Assembly (NCBI RefSeq): GCF_006345805.1
Contig: NC_043001.1
Location: 20,646,001 to 20,710,000, forward strand
Reading direction: 5' to 3'
DNA length: 64,000 nucleotides
Source of the DNA: Octopus sinensis
Lineage: Eukaryota
The notes under the pieces are model-generated. The model worked only from the letters and a program-made list of their open reading frames with translations, was not told where the DNA came from and ran no database searches. Of this stretch, positions 1 to 12,462 are shown one piece after another (position 1 is the first letter of the stretch; each line of letters opens with the position of its first letter). A program made the position numbers and the translations under genes.

Positions 1-689
1 TTTCCGTCTACCAAATCCACTCACCCAAGGTGCCATGCAGTGGGACTGAACCCGGAACCATGTGGTTGGTTAGCAAGTTACTTACCACACAGCCACTCCT
101 GTGCCTAAGATCGTTTTCGGTTAGGCATAATCTATAACAGCGTTTGTCAACCTTACCATTTCGGGTCCCCTGTTTCAATTGGAGCCTCCAGCTATATGAA
201 AATCTCCTAACCCCGCCCCGTTAGAAAACAGCTTCTGAGCAACTGGTTGTTTTAATGGCAGAAGAAAGAATGAAATTCCATTAGAAAAAGTTTTAATCAA
301 TTTTCTCAGTAAGTATGGGGGTTAAGAAAAAAATACAAACTGCATTCCAATCTATGCACCCATCTCCACATGTGTGCTATTTTTCATGTGAATCCACCCA
401 GCCGTTTTGCTGTGAACCTCAAGACAAGAAAGAATACAATTATTGCCCATGTCCAATTTATATTATAGATATAACTAAGTGCAAACACAGCTGTGAAGCT
501 AAGAAGTTCACTTCACAACCATGTGGTTCTGGGTTCAATCCTACTGCTTGGCACCTTGAGTGTCTTTAACTGTAGCTTTGGGTTAGCAATGACTTCTAAA
601 TGAAATTTTGTATATAGAAAGATACAGAATAAACAGCTTATTGTATATGCATATAATTTTTCTTATAGAGACTGAAACTTTGTCTAGTA

Positions 690-1273
690 CAGGGCTGGCG
701 AACCTGAGGCCCGTGGGCCGCATGCAGCCTGCAGACTTTTATTTTGCAACCCACTTGATGCTTTCTTGAAGTATTGTGTTTAATTTCAAAATAAAATTGC
801 TTGTGCAATATCTTTATTTTAGATTACACCTTAAAAATGCAACAATTGTTTCAATTGCATTAACATATATATATATATATATTATTAGGAGCAGGCACTT
901 CTGTGTGGTAAGAAGGTTGTTAACCAACCACATGGTACTGGGTTCAGTCCCACTGTGTGGCACCTTGAACAAGTGTCTTCTGCTTGATGTATGTATGTAT
1001 GTGTATGTACCTCCACCACCATCGCTTGACAACCAATGTTGGTGTGTTTATGTCCCCATAACTTAGCAGTTATTCAAAAGAAATTAAAAATTTATAAGTG
1101 GCAACAAAGCAATAGCCTACAATTTTATAATTTCAAACAAACGAAATTTATGAAAAATTTTTGATTCTGTAATTTGATTATTTGATCATTGGAGCATAAA
1201 GAATACAAACGGCCCTCAAAAAGCTTTCTGTGATTAAAGTGGTCCACATTGTAATTCGAGTTGACCAGGCCTG
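690..1273 (+). mobile_element. hAT-type MITE with a nested, internally deleted SINE
   Basis: Imperfect TIRs cagggctggcgaac / gttgaccaggcctg. 8-bp TSD gtctagta at 682-689 and 1274-1281, resembling the Charlie-type NTCTAGAN target. Confidence 0.75.
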
Positions 1274-1414
1274 GTCTAGTAGCCCAAGTTTCAGTGGCAC
1301 GAAATTCAAGTTGTGAAACAAACTCTCAGCTTCAGTTCCAGTAGAAGAACCATATCCTTTGCATCACTGAGCACTCCTTTCTCATTTGTCCAACATAAAT
1401 CAATGTGTGTGTGT

Positions 1415-2057
1415 GTGTGTGTGTGTATAATCAAATGGAAATTGTAGTTGTGATACCTGTGCCGGTGACATGTAAAATGCACCATCTGTACGTGGCCGAT
1501 GCCAGTATCGCCTTGACTGGCTTCCGTGCCGGTGGTACATAAAAAGCACCAACCGATCGTGGCCGTTGCCAACCTCCCCTGGCACATAAAAAGCACCATC
1601 TATACGTGGCCGATGCCAGCGCCGCCTTGACTGGCTTCTGTGCGGGTGGCACATAAAAAGCACCAACTGTTCATGGCCGTTGCCAGCCTACTCTGGCACC
1701 TAAAAAGCACCATCCATACGTGGCCGATGCCAGCGCCGCCTTGACTGGCTTCCGTGCCAGTGGCACATAAAAAGCACCAACCGTTCATGGTTATTGCTAG
1801 CCTACCCTGACACCTAAAAAGCACCATCCATATGTGGCCGATGCCAGTGCCGCCATGACAGGTTTCCGTGCTGGTAGCATGTAAAAAGCACCCACTACAC
1901 TCTTGGAGTGGTTGGCGTTAGGAAGGGCATCCAGCTGTAGAAACACTGCCAGATCAGATTGGAGTCTGGTGCAGCCTCATGGCTTGCCAGACCCCAGTCA
2001 AACTGTCCAACCAATGCTAGCATGGAGAACGGACGTTAAACGATGATGATGATGATA
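1415..2057 (+). mobile_element. RTE LINE 3' UTR fragment with internal minisatellite
   Basis: About 8 AAAA(G)CACC cores spaced alternately ~67/46 bp, the conserved tail ...gttaaacgatgatgat, and the same tail as the RTE at 17561. Confidence 0.8.
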
Positions 2058-5000
2058 TATATATATGTACAACAACAAATGATATGTATGAAGAAAATTA
2101 TATCTTTATTTTAGATCACACCTTAAAAATGCAACAATTGTTTCAATTGCATTAACATATATATATATATATAGGCACTTCTGTGTGGTAAGTATGTTGT
2201 TTACCAACCACATGGTACTAGGTTCAGTTCCACTGTGTGGCACCTTGAAGAAGTGTCTTCTGCTTGATATATGTATGTATGTATGTGCCTCCACCACCAT
2301 CGCTTGACAACTGATGTTGGTGTGTTTATGTCCCCATAACTTAACAGTTCGACCAAAAAGACCGATAGAATAAGTACTAGGCTTACAAAGAATAAGTCCT
2401 AGGGTTGATTTCTTTGTCTAAAGGCGGTGCTCCAGTACGGCCACAGTCAAATGACTGAAACAAATAAAAGAATATGATGATGATGAAATAACTTATTTGG
2501 TATTACTTAAGTTTTATGATCATTGAGATGATGATTATAAGCTACACTGTGCCTTATCCAAAGAACCCAACTGGATGTTGGGAAAACTCCAGGATGACAG
2601 TCGACTGGATCAGTCAAAATGAACACGTGTGTGTGTGTGTGCACTTGTGAGCCATACACAGAAATACATCAGGAAGAAAAGCGATAAAGGAAAAAAAAAA
2701 ACACCTTGTGATATTTGTTCCATCCAAGTTTCACAGACAATTCCTTGTCCTCAGAAACAGAATGAACCAATGATTGGCCTATTAAGAAATCTATAACCAA
2801 CAAAGCTATTGTTCACAAGATGTATGAAAGAAAGAAAAAAAAAAAGGAAAAATAAAAGAAAACTAAATATGAACATGAAATTACAACTATAAAACCATAA
2901 ATAAGAGAAAAACAAACAATATTTCTATAATAAGAACATTTGTTCTTATCTGTTGGTCATGTGCTGTCTGCTTTCTCTAGCATATCATTCACTGTTCAGT
3001 ATGTCAGTAGCAGTGTTTGTCTGTTTTTCTTCTTTTAATAGTATTGTATGCTCCAAGTGTCATCTTTTCTTTTCTCTTTAGCAGATTCTTCCGCATATAT
3101 ACACAAACTATCTCTCTCTCTATCTATCTATCTCACACTTTACATTCATATTCCTTTCTTTGTCTTACTTCTTATTCTTGTTTTAAGAATGGAGAATTTT
3201 TGAACACACACACACAAGCATATTACAGTCTGTAAGTAATCAGGAAGAATCTAACTCAAAAGACATTCATAAACGGCATCAAATCTTCTACATATATGAC
3301 AAGGACAGAATCATGCCAACAAAGAAGCCTCAACATGGTCATTGGATCTGCTAGAAACAGTAACCAATTATCCCCCAAATCTTATAACTACAGTGGTGGG
3401 GGAGAAACACATACATCATCGTCATCATCATTTAACATCCACCTTCTACGCTAGCATGGGTGGGACAGTTTCACAAGAGAAGGCCAGGCAGGAGCCTACA
3501 CCAAACTTCTGTGACTGTTTTGGCAGGATTTTTACAGTTGGATGCCCTTCCTAACCACCAACCACCCAACAGAGTGGACTTAGTGCTTTTTACGTGGCAC
3601 AAGCACAGGCGAAGTCAGTTTTGGCAATGATTTTACAGCTAGATGTCCTTCCAAATGCCAACCACTTTACAGTGTGGCCTGGGTGCTTTTAAGTGGCACC
3701 TGCACTGACAGGGTCACCAAGTATTTGCAAGACAAAAAAGAAACTTTCGAGAGGAGGTGATCTTGTGTCAGATGATGAAAGGTTATAGTAAGACAGAAAC
3801 AGGTGTCTTACTGTAAAGGAAGTACAAGGTTATCTGTCTGGAGAGAGAGAGAGATCAAGAATGAAGACAGAGACAGGTGCACTACAGCAAAGAAAATACA
3901 TGGTTACCCAACTTGAGGAAATGCAGGAGAAGGAGAGATAGAGTAGGAGATATATAGATAGATAAATATATACGACAGGCTTCTTTTAGTTTCCATCTAC
4001 AAAATCCATTCACAAAGCTTTGGTCAGCCTGAGTCTATAATAGAAAACACCTGCCCAAGGTGCCACACAGTGGGATTGAACCTGGAATCAAATAGTTGGA
4101 AGCAAACTTTTTACCACAAAGCCATGCCTGCACTTATAATATACAAATGTGACTGCGAAGACCTGACAAATAAAGTGAGTTCATGGCTGTATGCTACACC
4201 AGTTTCACATAACCAGCCCCGACTCCATAGGGCGACCTGCTGTGCTTGAGGAGACCTATTGAGTCAAGTACATCAACATCAAAATGAAAATCGAATGGAA
4301 ATTGTAGTTCTGATACCCTTGCCGGTGGTACATAAAAAGCACCAACCAATCGTGGCCATTGCCAGCCTCCTCTGGTCCCTGTGCTGGTGGCACGTAAAAA
4401 GCATTCACAGTTTTGAATTAACCGTGCTTTGAGATTTTGATAATGTGATTGTTTATTTTTAAAATGGCATTGTGGAGTAAGTGTAAGAAACCAAATCTGG
4501 CCATTTTGAACGTAAAACCAGCAAGATCATTTGGGCCTGATATGGCTAGTTTAAATGCTAAAGGGTTAAATGCCAAAAAGTCTTTGAGTATATAAATAAA
4601 AACAGATGTAAAAATTTGTGTTAAAAACTAGCTGAGACATTATTAAAACTGAGTTAAAAGTGAAATGCCAAAGGGGAAATCACTAGATGTGAAATGTCAG
4701 AGGTGAAATGTCAAAGGTGAAATGTCAGCGGAAGCCTTTTGATTGATAATGATAAACATTAGGGACTGCTACAATCCCAAAATCTGGTTTTAAGATAACA
4801 TTTGTTTACGTTTACATTAATTTGTTTACATTTATAATTTTGGACTTTTTAAAATTTGATTTTTCATATTTTAATTAAACTGACATTTATATTGTTACTG
4901 TGTGAATTTATGTTTATATTTTCCTTATTTCTGTTGGTGCACTGTGGCCATGCTAGGGCACTGCCCCGAAGGGTTTAATCAAACAAATCAACCCCAGTCC

Positions 5001-5419
5001 TTTTTTTTACCTTTTTAAGCCAGGTATTTATTCTATTAGTCTCTTTCACTAAATCACTAAGTTACAGGACATAAACAAACCAACACTAGTTTCCAAGCAA
5101 GGGAAGGGAGGAAAAAAGACACACACGTCTGGCTTCCACAGTTTCCATCTGCCAAATCCACTCACAAGGCAGTGGTTGACCCAGGGCTCTAATAGAAAGC
5201 ACCCAAGTTGCTCCACAATGGGAGTGATCACAAAATCACATGATTACAAAGCATGCTTTTTAACCACATACCCATGCCTGTACTTATCTATATAAAATGT
5301 GTCTGGTGAAGTTTGATCCTTGTTTCAGTTGTTCAGTTAAAATCTTGGGTGATGTCACTTTGTTTGGATCATAATCTCCCCAATTACCCACCTTCCAAAT
5401 ATATATTTGGTTTCATAAT

Positions 5420-5845
5420 ATACAAATGCTGTGACTGCGAAGACCCGACAAATAAAGTGAGTTCATGGCTGTATCCTACACCAGTTTCGCATAACCAGCC
5501 CCGACCCCGTAGGGCGACCTGCTGTGCTTGAGGAGACCTATTGAGTCAAGTACATCAACATCAAAATGAAAATCAAATGGAAATTGTAGTTCTGATATCC
5601 TTGCCAGTGGCACATAAAAATCACCAACCGATTGTGGCCATTGCCAGCCTCCTCTGGCCCCTGTGCCAGTGGCACGTAAAAAGCACCCACTACACTCGCG
5701 GAGTGGTTGGCGTTAGGAAGGGCATCCAGCTGTAGAAACACTGCCAGATCAGACTGGAGCCTGGTGCAGCCTCCTGGCTTCCCAGACCCTGGTAGAACCG
5801 TCCAACCCATGCTAGCATGGAAAACGGTCGTTAAACGATGATGAA
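5420..5845 (+). mobile_element. RTE LINE 3' fragment (a related partial copy at ~4140-4405)
   Basis: ctgtgcttgaggagacctattgagtcaag head, short repeat block, conserved tail. Confidence 0.75.
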
Positions 5846-5929
5846 AGGTATATTATATCTTTTATGGTAAAGGTAATGTTAGCATGTTTCAGTGTAGTGA
5901 GCATTGAAACTCTAATTGGAAATGAATAT

Positions 5930-6220
5930 GTGGTGAGGAAAAGACAATTTTAGTTGTTAATTAATATTATTATTTTGATGATTTTGGTAAGTATAGCAAA
6001 GCAACTCTAAAGACATTTTACTCTTATTAGACCTTCTCAGTAGAGCAAAGACTTCATCATACTTGCCAAAGTAGTGGTGAGGAAAAAAACCAATATTAGT
6101 TGCTCAGAAATATTATTTTGATATTTTCAGCAAGTATGGGAGATAACTTTAAAGTATTTCAGTCTTATTAGACCTCTTCTGTAGAGCAGAGACTTCACCA
6201 AACTTGTCGAATTAATGATG
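5930..6220 (+). repeat. Diverged tandem duplication, two ~143-bp units
   Basis: gtggtgaggaaaa...tcttattagacct...gtagagca.agacttca occurs twice. Confidence 0.75.
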
Positions 6221-7610
6221 AGAATATGATACATGAGCAAGAGTGAAAAATTAACATATTTAAAAATGGGATCATTAAGTGCCCTTATCAATAATAAACA
6301 AACACTATTTTCTGTTTCTTTGTCAATATTTTTCTTAAACCTGTTTTATGTATAAAGACAAACAAGACAAGTGATAATCATAACATAAAAGAAAGCATAG
6401 TATTGCATTTTCTTCTCTTATCTATTGGTCATGTGATATGTTATTAAGACTTAGTAGCTACCGTTGCTCCGTAGCATCACCTGTCGGTAATTTCCTCATC
6501 TTTCAATCTCTCTTGGTTGCAGGCACCAATCCTTTCTTTTTTTCTCTTCCAGTAACAACCTCCCCCTCTCTCTCTCTCACTCACTCTGTTTCATTGTTAC
6601 TTTTCACTCCTTTCAGCTTCTTCTCAATCTCTCCTCTTTTTTCTCTCTCTCTCTCTCTCATTTCCATTTCTTCTTTCTTAATGCCTTTCCTCTTTCCCAG
6701 TTTTGCAGAACCACACACACACACACATACACCATCAATATATGATTTTATACAATGGAAATATCTTTACTATTTGAAATCATTGTTCATTTAATGAGTA
6801 GAAAGAAATTAGCAATATTTTTGTAACTCAACTAATTCTCTTTTATTGCAGGTAAATTTGAATATGTTGAATACAAATTACATTAGATGTTTGTGTGTGT
6901 GTGTGCATGCGCATGTATGCTGTAAATAGTTTTAATGTTATATTTCTGCTAATCATTTAAAATTTTGGCTTATGATGTCTCATTTTGAGATGTTCTCTTT
7001 AAAACTGGATTTAGAAAAAGGTGGGGGGAAAAACTTTTCTTGCTTGTTTCAAATATTCGTTCTCATAATGTCAAAAATAGTATTGTTTAGGAAAAAAAAA
7101 TATTAATTACTTTTTAAGAAACAAGTTAAAAGTAAAAAAACATAACACTGTTTCCAAAGTTCGTATGGAAGATTTTTCTTTTAATAAAAACTTTTTACAT
7201 TACATAAACACACCATCACTATCACCACCACCACCACCACCACCACCATCATCACAATCACTACCACCACCACCACAAAAAAAAATAGCCATTCTTAATT
7301 ATGTTAATGTACCTAGTTTAAATATAAAGTATGCCTTAAATTGTGTTCATAATCCATTTTGTATAAGTAAACATCAGAAATGTTGTGAAAGTTATTTTGA
7401 GTTATAGTATACAGCAACAACTGGACTGTTGTAAATTGCCCTCAACCAGTTTCCTATCTATCTATTTCTATCTATCTATATATATATATATATATATACC
7501 ATATTTACCAGTGTATAAGATGCACCCCTATTTTACAAGTATATTTTATGGAAAGAAAAAAAAACCAAATTTAGTATGTTTCAGCATACACTCATTGAAA
7601 GATATTTTAA

Positions 7611-7829
7611 CCCTTTAGTATTTAAACCGGCCATATCCAGCCAAAATATTTAATCTGTTTTATGTTCAAACTGACCAGATCCAGGCTCTCACACCTACCC
7701 TACAATGCTATTCTACATTAGGTAATTACACCATCAAGATCTTGAAGATATGAGATAATGCATGATTAATTCAAATCAATGTGAATCAATAAGCATTATG
7801 TTTGATAGAATAATCAGAACACTAAAGGG
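7611..7829 (+). mobile_element. piggyBac-type MITE family 1 (~220 bp)
   Basis: ttaa|CCCTTTAG...CTAAAGGG|ttaa. Confidence 0.85.
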
Positions 7830-7839
7830 TTAAAGTGGT

Positions 7840-9601
7840 TTTGTAGAAGAAAATGTATGATTCTGTGCTTGTACATACAATGTAGTGACAGTATACTGGA
7901 ATAAAGTATATAAACTATAAATTTATCATAAATAAACATAAATAAACTACGTTATACAAGTACCGTATTGAAACTTCAGATCTTCCTTTGATCAAGAGGA
8001 TATTGCCATACAGAACGTAAAACTCATATTTCTGGCTTAATGTTTTGTGTTACCACTGTCATCCACCGGGGTGGTGCACAGCCCCACTGTAGCTTAATTG
8101 CCATTCACTCATTGCAAATAGCTGACAGGCAGATATGAAGCTTTGGTATACCTTTCATCTTTCTAGAATTTTTTTCATTTAGATAATAAATTATACTTAA
8201 AGATAGCACAGATATTAAAAAAGACATAGATTAGGTATGAGTTACAGATGCTGAGGAAGGAGGTACAGAGAGATCATGTCACCCATCCATGCAACTGCCA
8301 ACAAATCATGATCATTTGGCTTGTTTTTAATGTTTTATTACTAGTAACAATTGTTGTGGTTGTGACTTGTGGCCTTATGCTCATCTGGATCCCTAGCTTA
8401 CGGCACTTGGACTCCCATCTGTAATGTGATCACATTTTTTGATACATTTAACAACAACAAAAAAAAGGGTGCATCATCTACACCAGCAAATACAGTATAT
8501 GGTTCATTTGCAAATTTTCAATGTTATACTTTCATAAAAATGTTACAATTTGAATGACCGAACACGGTCATAATGCTACATCTGTTTTTGTAACATCTTT
8601 TTCCAATATTGATGTTATTCTAATTTTATCTTCTTGTCTTCTGACATAAATATAAAACAACTATGGATAGTAAATGGCATTTCTATGGTATCTTAAGATT
8701 AAAAGTTGGAAAGAAAATCATTTAGACAAACTTTACCAGTAGAGGTAAAGTGAATTATACAAAGAGTTTTATAATAACTTATTACTATTTGTACTTTATT
8801 ATTCATTATTAAGAGATTAAACTAATTATTGGAATTAGTAGGGTCTTATGTTTAAGATATGTTTAAGACATAAATTCCAATATTTTAAAAGACTGGCACT
8901 AATTTCAGTCAACTAAGAGAAAGATTAATTTTAATGAGTATCATTTAAAAATCTCCAAGCATTTGTGCTATCATTTGGACATTATTATCAAAACAAAAAA
9001 AACATTTTTACAGAGATCAAGTAAAATAAATCCTAATAGTATGAAAATACACAAGATCTTCAAGATAAGAAACAACTTAAAATATTAAATTAATTGTTAA
9101 CAAAAACTAAATCCAAAACAGTCAGTAAAAGGCAATGTTATTTTCAAAATTTTACCTGAATACACCAAATTATATAAACTATGGAAAAAAAACCCAACAG
9201 ACATCAAATCATCCATAGTCAACAATATTTCATATGTACAAGCAAATAGACATAACTATCATCAAAACATCACAGATACATAAGAACATTGAAAATAAAC
9301 AATTCATTCTTTGTCAATATACAGAAATACTCATAGGTTTGAAAAGTAAAGGCCCGTACATACATACAGACACACACATATTCACAGGTGCAGGCACACG
9401 TGCACACACACATACATACATGCATACACAATAAAAAAAATTGCATGTTACTGCAGCACTATATTTGGAATGTACATTGTTTTGAGTGATCACGTTAAAA
9501 ACCTTGTTGGGACCAATTTTTGAGAACTGTAAGAAAAGAAAATTTCAAAGATATACAATTTCACAAACCTATAAAAAAATCTGTACAATGAAAAGAAAGT
9601 C
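7840..9601 (-). other. Probable 3' UTR of the MARCH gene (3' end uncertain)
   Basis: Repeat-free AU-rich stretch directly after the stop. Minus-strand AATAAA at 8795-8800 and 8334-8339. True end needs RNA data. Confidence 0.5.
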
Positions 9602-9976
9602 TCAGGCTAGCTGTACATCTCCACATAGACTGGAAGATGAGTCTTTCTTACAACTTTCACACAATTTGCTCTCTGATGGATGTTCATAAATATTTTCAAT
9701 GTAGATTACTCTGTTGTATGCTCTCCATCTATGACATAAATTTACATACATTTTGCATTGAACATACATAAAAACAAGACCTCCAGTGAAACCAATAGCT
9801 ACAACAATGATTTTTGTCCAAAATGGCCACTCGAGTACTCCCCGTCTCATTTCTTCAGTGGTCCGATCAATCAGCACATAGAGAGACCATACTACACATG
9901 TTATTGCAACAATATGGAATGTCACTGAACAGATTATCTTTCTTTTCTCAACTGAAGTCATCTGTAGTCTCTCCCA
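9602..9976 (-). CDS. MARCHF8: Terminal coding exon of MARCH1/8-like ligase (two TM helices, cytoplasmic tail, TGA stop)
   Basis: [39 protein letters not shown]...[28 protein letters not shown]...AYNRVIY matches the MARCH1/8 TM region. Polypyrimidine tract plus ttttcag| acceptor before 9976 is phase 0 and joins KPFQE|WERLQ. Stop at 9602-9604. Confidence 0.95.
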   Translation of the reverse strand, partial: WERLQMTSVEKRKIICSVTFHIVAITCVVWSLYVLIDRTTEEMRRGVLEWPFWTKIIVVAIGFTGGLVFMYVQCKMYVNLCHRWRAYNRVIYIENIYEHPSESKLCESCKKDSSSSLCGDVQLA

Positions 9977-10469
9977 CTGAAAAAGAGAAGAAAAAAATGA
10001 AAAATAGACAGAAGTAAAAAAATAAAAAAAAAACAAAAAAAAACAATCTCAAATCTAATTTTAATATTTCAACTACAGCTGTTGCTTAATCCTGATCAAT
10101 AAGATCTACAATCAAAGGCATTCCAGCTATTATGATCTTGACTTTAACTCAAATATAATAAGACTATATTATTCAATGTGTCTTTCATTTGAAAGATTTG
10201 ACTTCTATTTCTAGCTTGTGGTGCAACTGTCAACATCAATGGAAAAGAAAACTCAAGAGTCACTAAAGAAAATAGGATGAAAAAATTGTGAAATAATGTT
10301 TCTAAATTACATCTGCGATATTCGAAATATAATTCTAAAGACTATACAATATTGAAAATGCTAAATCTAAACAGTGGCTGTTATCAATCAGTATGAGTAA
10401 TCATCAAAAAGAAGGTATCTTGAAAGAAATCCAGGCAACTGTTGAGGGGGCCAGACATTGAATACAGCT

Positions 10470-10735
10470 GAAAAGAGGTGACAAAATTTGACTCCCATCT
10501 CTTCACTAAGATGTAAAGGTAGCTCAAAGATCGGTCGTTTTAACACCATTGTCAATATCCAGAACAGATCACAGAAGGTTCTCGACTCACTTACAGAAAA
10601 CGGCTTCCAGGCTAGATTCCAAAAGTGGCAGGAACATTGGTACCGGTGTATTGCTGTGCAAAGTGACTATTTCAAAAGTAAATAAGTTGTTTTTTATTAA
10701 ACATAACTAGTCCGGTAACTTTTTGATATTACATC
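10470..10735 (+). pseudogene. Mariner transposase C-terminal remnant
   Basis: GRFNTIVNIQNRSQKVLDSLTENGFQARFQKWQEHWYRCIAVQSDYF resembles the mariner C-terminus. Confidence 0.7.
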
Positions 10736-10951
10736 ATATATATATAGGGAGAGTTTACGAAAAAATCAAAAGATGAAGGCAGGTGGTGTACAAAACAAAC
10801 AGATGTATTAGTATAACGCTCAGTAATAGAAAAAGTCTTTTACGTTTCAAGCCTATGCTCTTCTATAGAAAGGGACACAGAAAAAAGGAGAGAAACAAGG
10901 AGAGAAAAAAATGTGTGTAGTGGCTACCGATCTATCATGGTGACTGTGGAC

Positions 10952-10997
<46 letters not shown>

Positions 10998-11318
10998 CAA
11001 AGAGAGTTAGAGGTTGTGAATCCAACCAACTAAGGGATAGTATCTATCCAATATACTGCTGGTAGAATACCTAATTAATACACAAGTGTTGGTTATTGCA
11101 TGGCAATTACCCCATTGAGTATAATAATTAGGCAAGGGTAATAAGTGGTTTTACCCTTAATTTATATGGCAAGAAGAACATGGAGGGAATCCAGAGGTAG
11201 TATTCATCAGCTGTTAGACATTATATTATGTCTATTCATTTATTTTAAACAGTTCAGATAATATACGAATATATGTGTAAAGTATTAATAATTTCTAGAA
11301 TAGAGAAAGAAGAGCAGT

Positions 11319-11442
11319 TTCTTACAGCTGTTTCAGCCAAGAGGTCACAATACCCCATGTTTTATTTCCATCTTTTCAGTGTATTGTAAATCTGTAGATA
11401 AAATTAGGGTACTTGGGTATGCCTCTAAGCTTCGTCAGAGAG
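11319..11442 (-). ncRNA. Putative type I hammerhead ribozyme (mirror copy, sense to the MARCH pre-mRNA)
   Basis: Minus strand: TCT-CTGACGA-AGCTTAGAGG...CCTCTTGGCT-GAAACAGCTGTA-AGA. Stem II 9/10 paired, stem I only 3 bp. Confidence 0.5.
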
Positions 11443-11496
11443 TTTTATAAGATAGTCCAAGAAGTTCATAGGGTTAATTTGGACTATCATATAAAA

Positions 11497-11622
11497 TTCT
11501 CTGACGAAGCATAGAGGCATACTCAAGTACCCTAATTTTATCTGCAGATTACTACAATACACTGAAAAGATAGAAATAACACATGGGGTATTGTGACTTC
11601 TTGGCTGAAACAGCTGTAAGAA
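11497..11622 (+). ncRNA. Putative type I hammerhead ribozyme with extended stem II
   Basis: TTCT-CTGACGA(11501-11507)-AGCATAGAGG...CTTCTTGGCT-GAAACAGCTGTA(11607-11618)-AGAA. Stem I is 4 bp, stem II 8/10 paired, stem III is the palindrome ACAGCTGT, cleavage triplet GUA. Confidence 0.55.
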
Positions 11623-11769
11623 ACTGTTCTTCTTTCTCTATTCTAGAAATTACTAATACTTTACACATGAATTTATATATTATCTGAACTGTTTAAAATA
11701 AATAAATAGACATAATTTAATGTCTAACAGCTGATGAGTACTAACTCTGGATTTCCTCCATTATCTTAA

Positions 11770-12102
11770 TCAAAATCAAATCAAATCAGATATCAGAAAG
11801 CAGAACCAAAATCGAAGTCGATCAACATCAATGGAAATTGCAGCTGTGATACCAGTGCCGGTGACAAGTAAGCGAACCATCCGTCCGTGGCCGTTTGCCA
11901 GCTCCGTCTGGCACCTGTGCGGGTGGCACGTAAAAAGCACCCACTACACTCACGGAGTGGTTGGCGTTAGGAAGGGCATCCAGCCATAGAAACACTGCCA
12001 GATCAGACTGGACCGATGCAGCCTTCTGGCTTCCCAGACCCCAGTTGAACCGTCCAACCCATGCTAGCATGGAAAGCGGACGCTAAATGATGATGATGAT
12101 AT
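11770..12102 (+). mobile_element. RTE LINE 3' tail
   Basis: Conserved tail ending (GAT)n; it abuts the right arm of the hairpin. Confidence 0.75.
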
Positions 12103-12462
12103 ATATATATATATATATATATGATTATACTAAGCAATAAAGGCAGGCCTCAGTAAAAGGGCCTTCCAATTGCTGTTTTTACTGAGATCTCCCTTTTTAG
12201 TAGAAGAAATAGCTATAACCCTTTGACTGCTATTTCTAAATTCGGTATGTGGTAAGGCAATTCGTTGCTAAACCCTTTATTGCTTAGTATTACTTAAATT
12301 TTCCTCGAATGAGGCTTTTACATGCCGAAGACTACTTGGTGTAATTGATAATTATTCCAAATTAATTAATTTCACCCTTCATTATATATGATTATATATA
12401 TATATGTATATATACACACACATGCAATCATATACACATACTTATGTATATATGCACATACA

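Larger units (their letters stand above)
11174..11767. repeat. Long inverted repeat (arms 11174-11460 and 11479-11767, 18-nt spacer), Penelope-like terminal repeat duplication
   Basis: The arms are reverse complements along their length with scattered mismatches, e.g. aagaacatggagggaatccagagg... versus ...ctctggatttcctccattatctt. Confidence 0.92.

Noticed and set aside
1400-1900. CRISPR-like regularly spaced repeats (AAAAAGCACC cores)
   Set aside because: The intervening sequences are themselves repeated, and the block is part of a LINE 3' UTR in a eukaryote; it is a minisatellite.
11731-11760. Second CTGATGA core in the hairpin's right arm
   Set aside because: Stem II (GAG/CTC) is followed by TGGA rather than GAAA, so the hammerhead is incomplete.
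12120-12400. TA-flanked element with a 16-bp inverted repeat and a ctcgaatgaggc...gccgaag motif
   Set aside because: Hammerhead-like but non-canonical on both core strands, with no stem I/III found. The same applies to similar fragments at ~54010-54070 and ~54310-54345.
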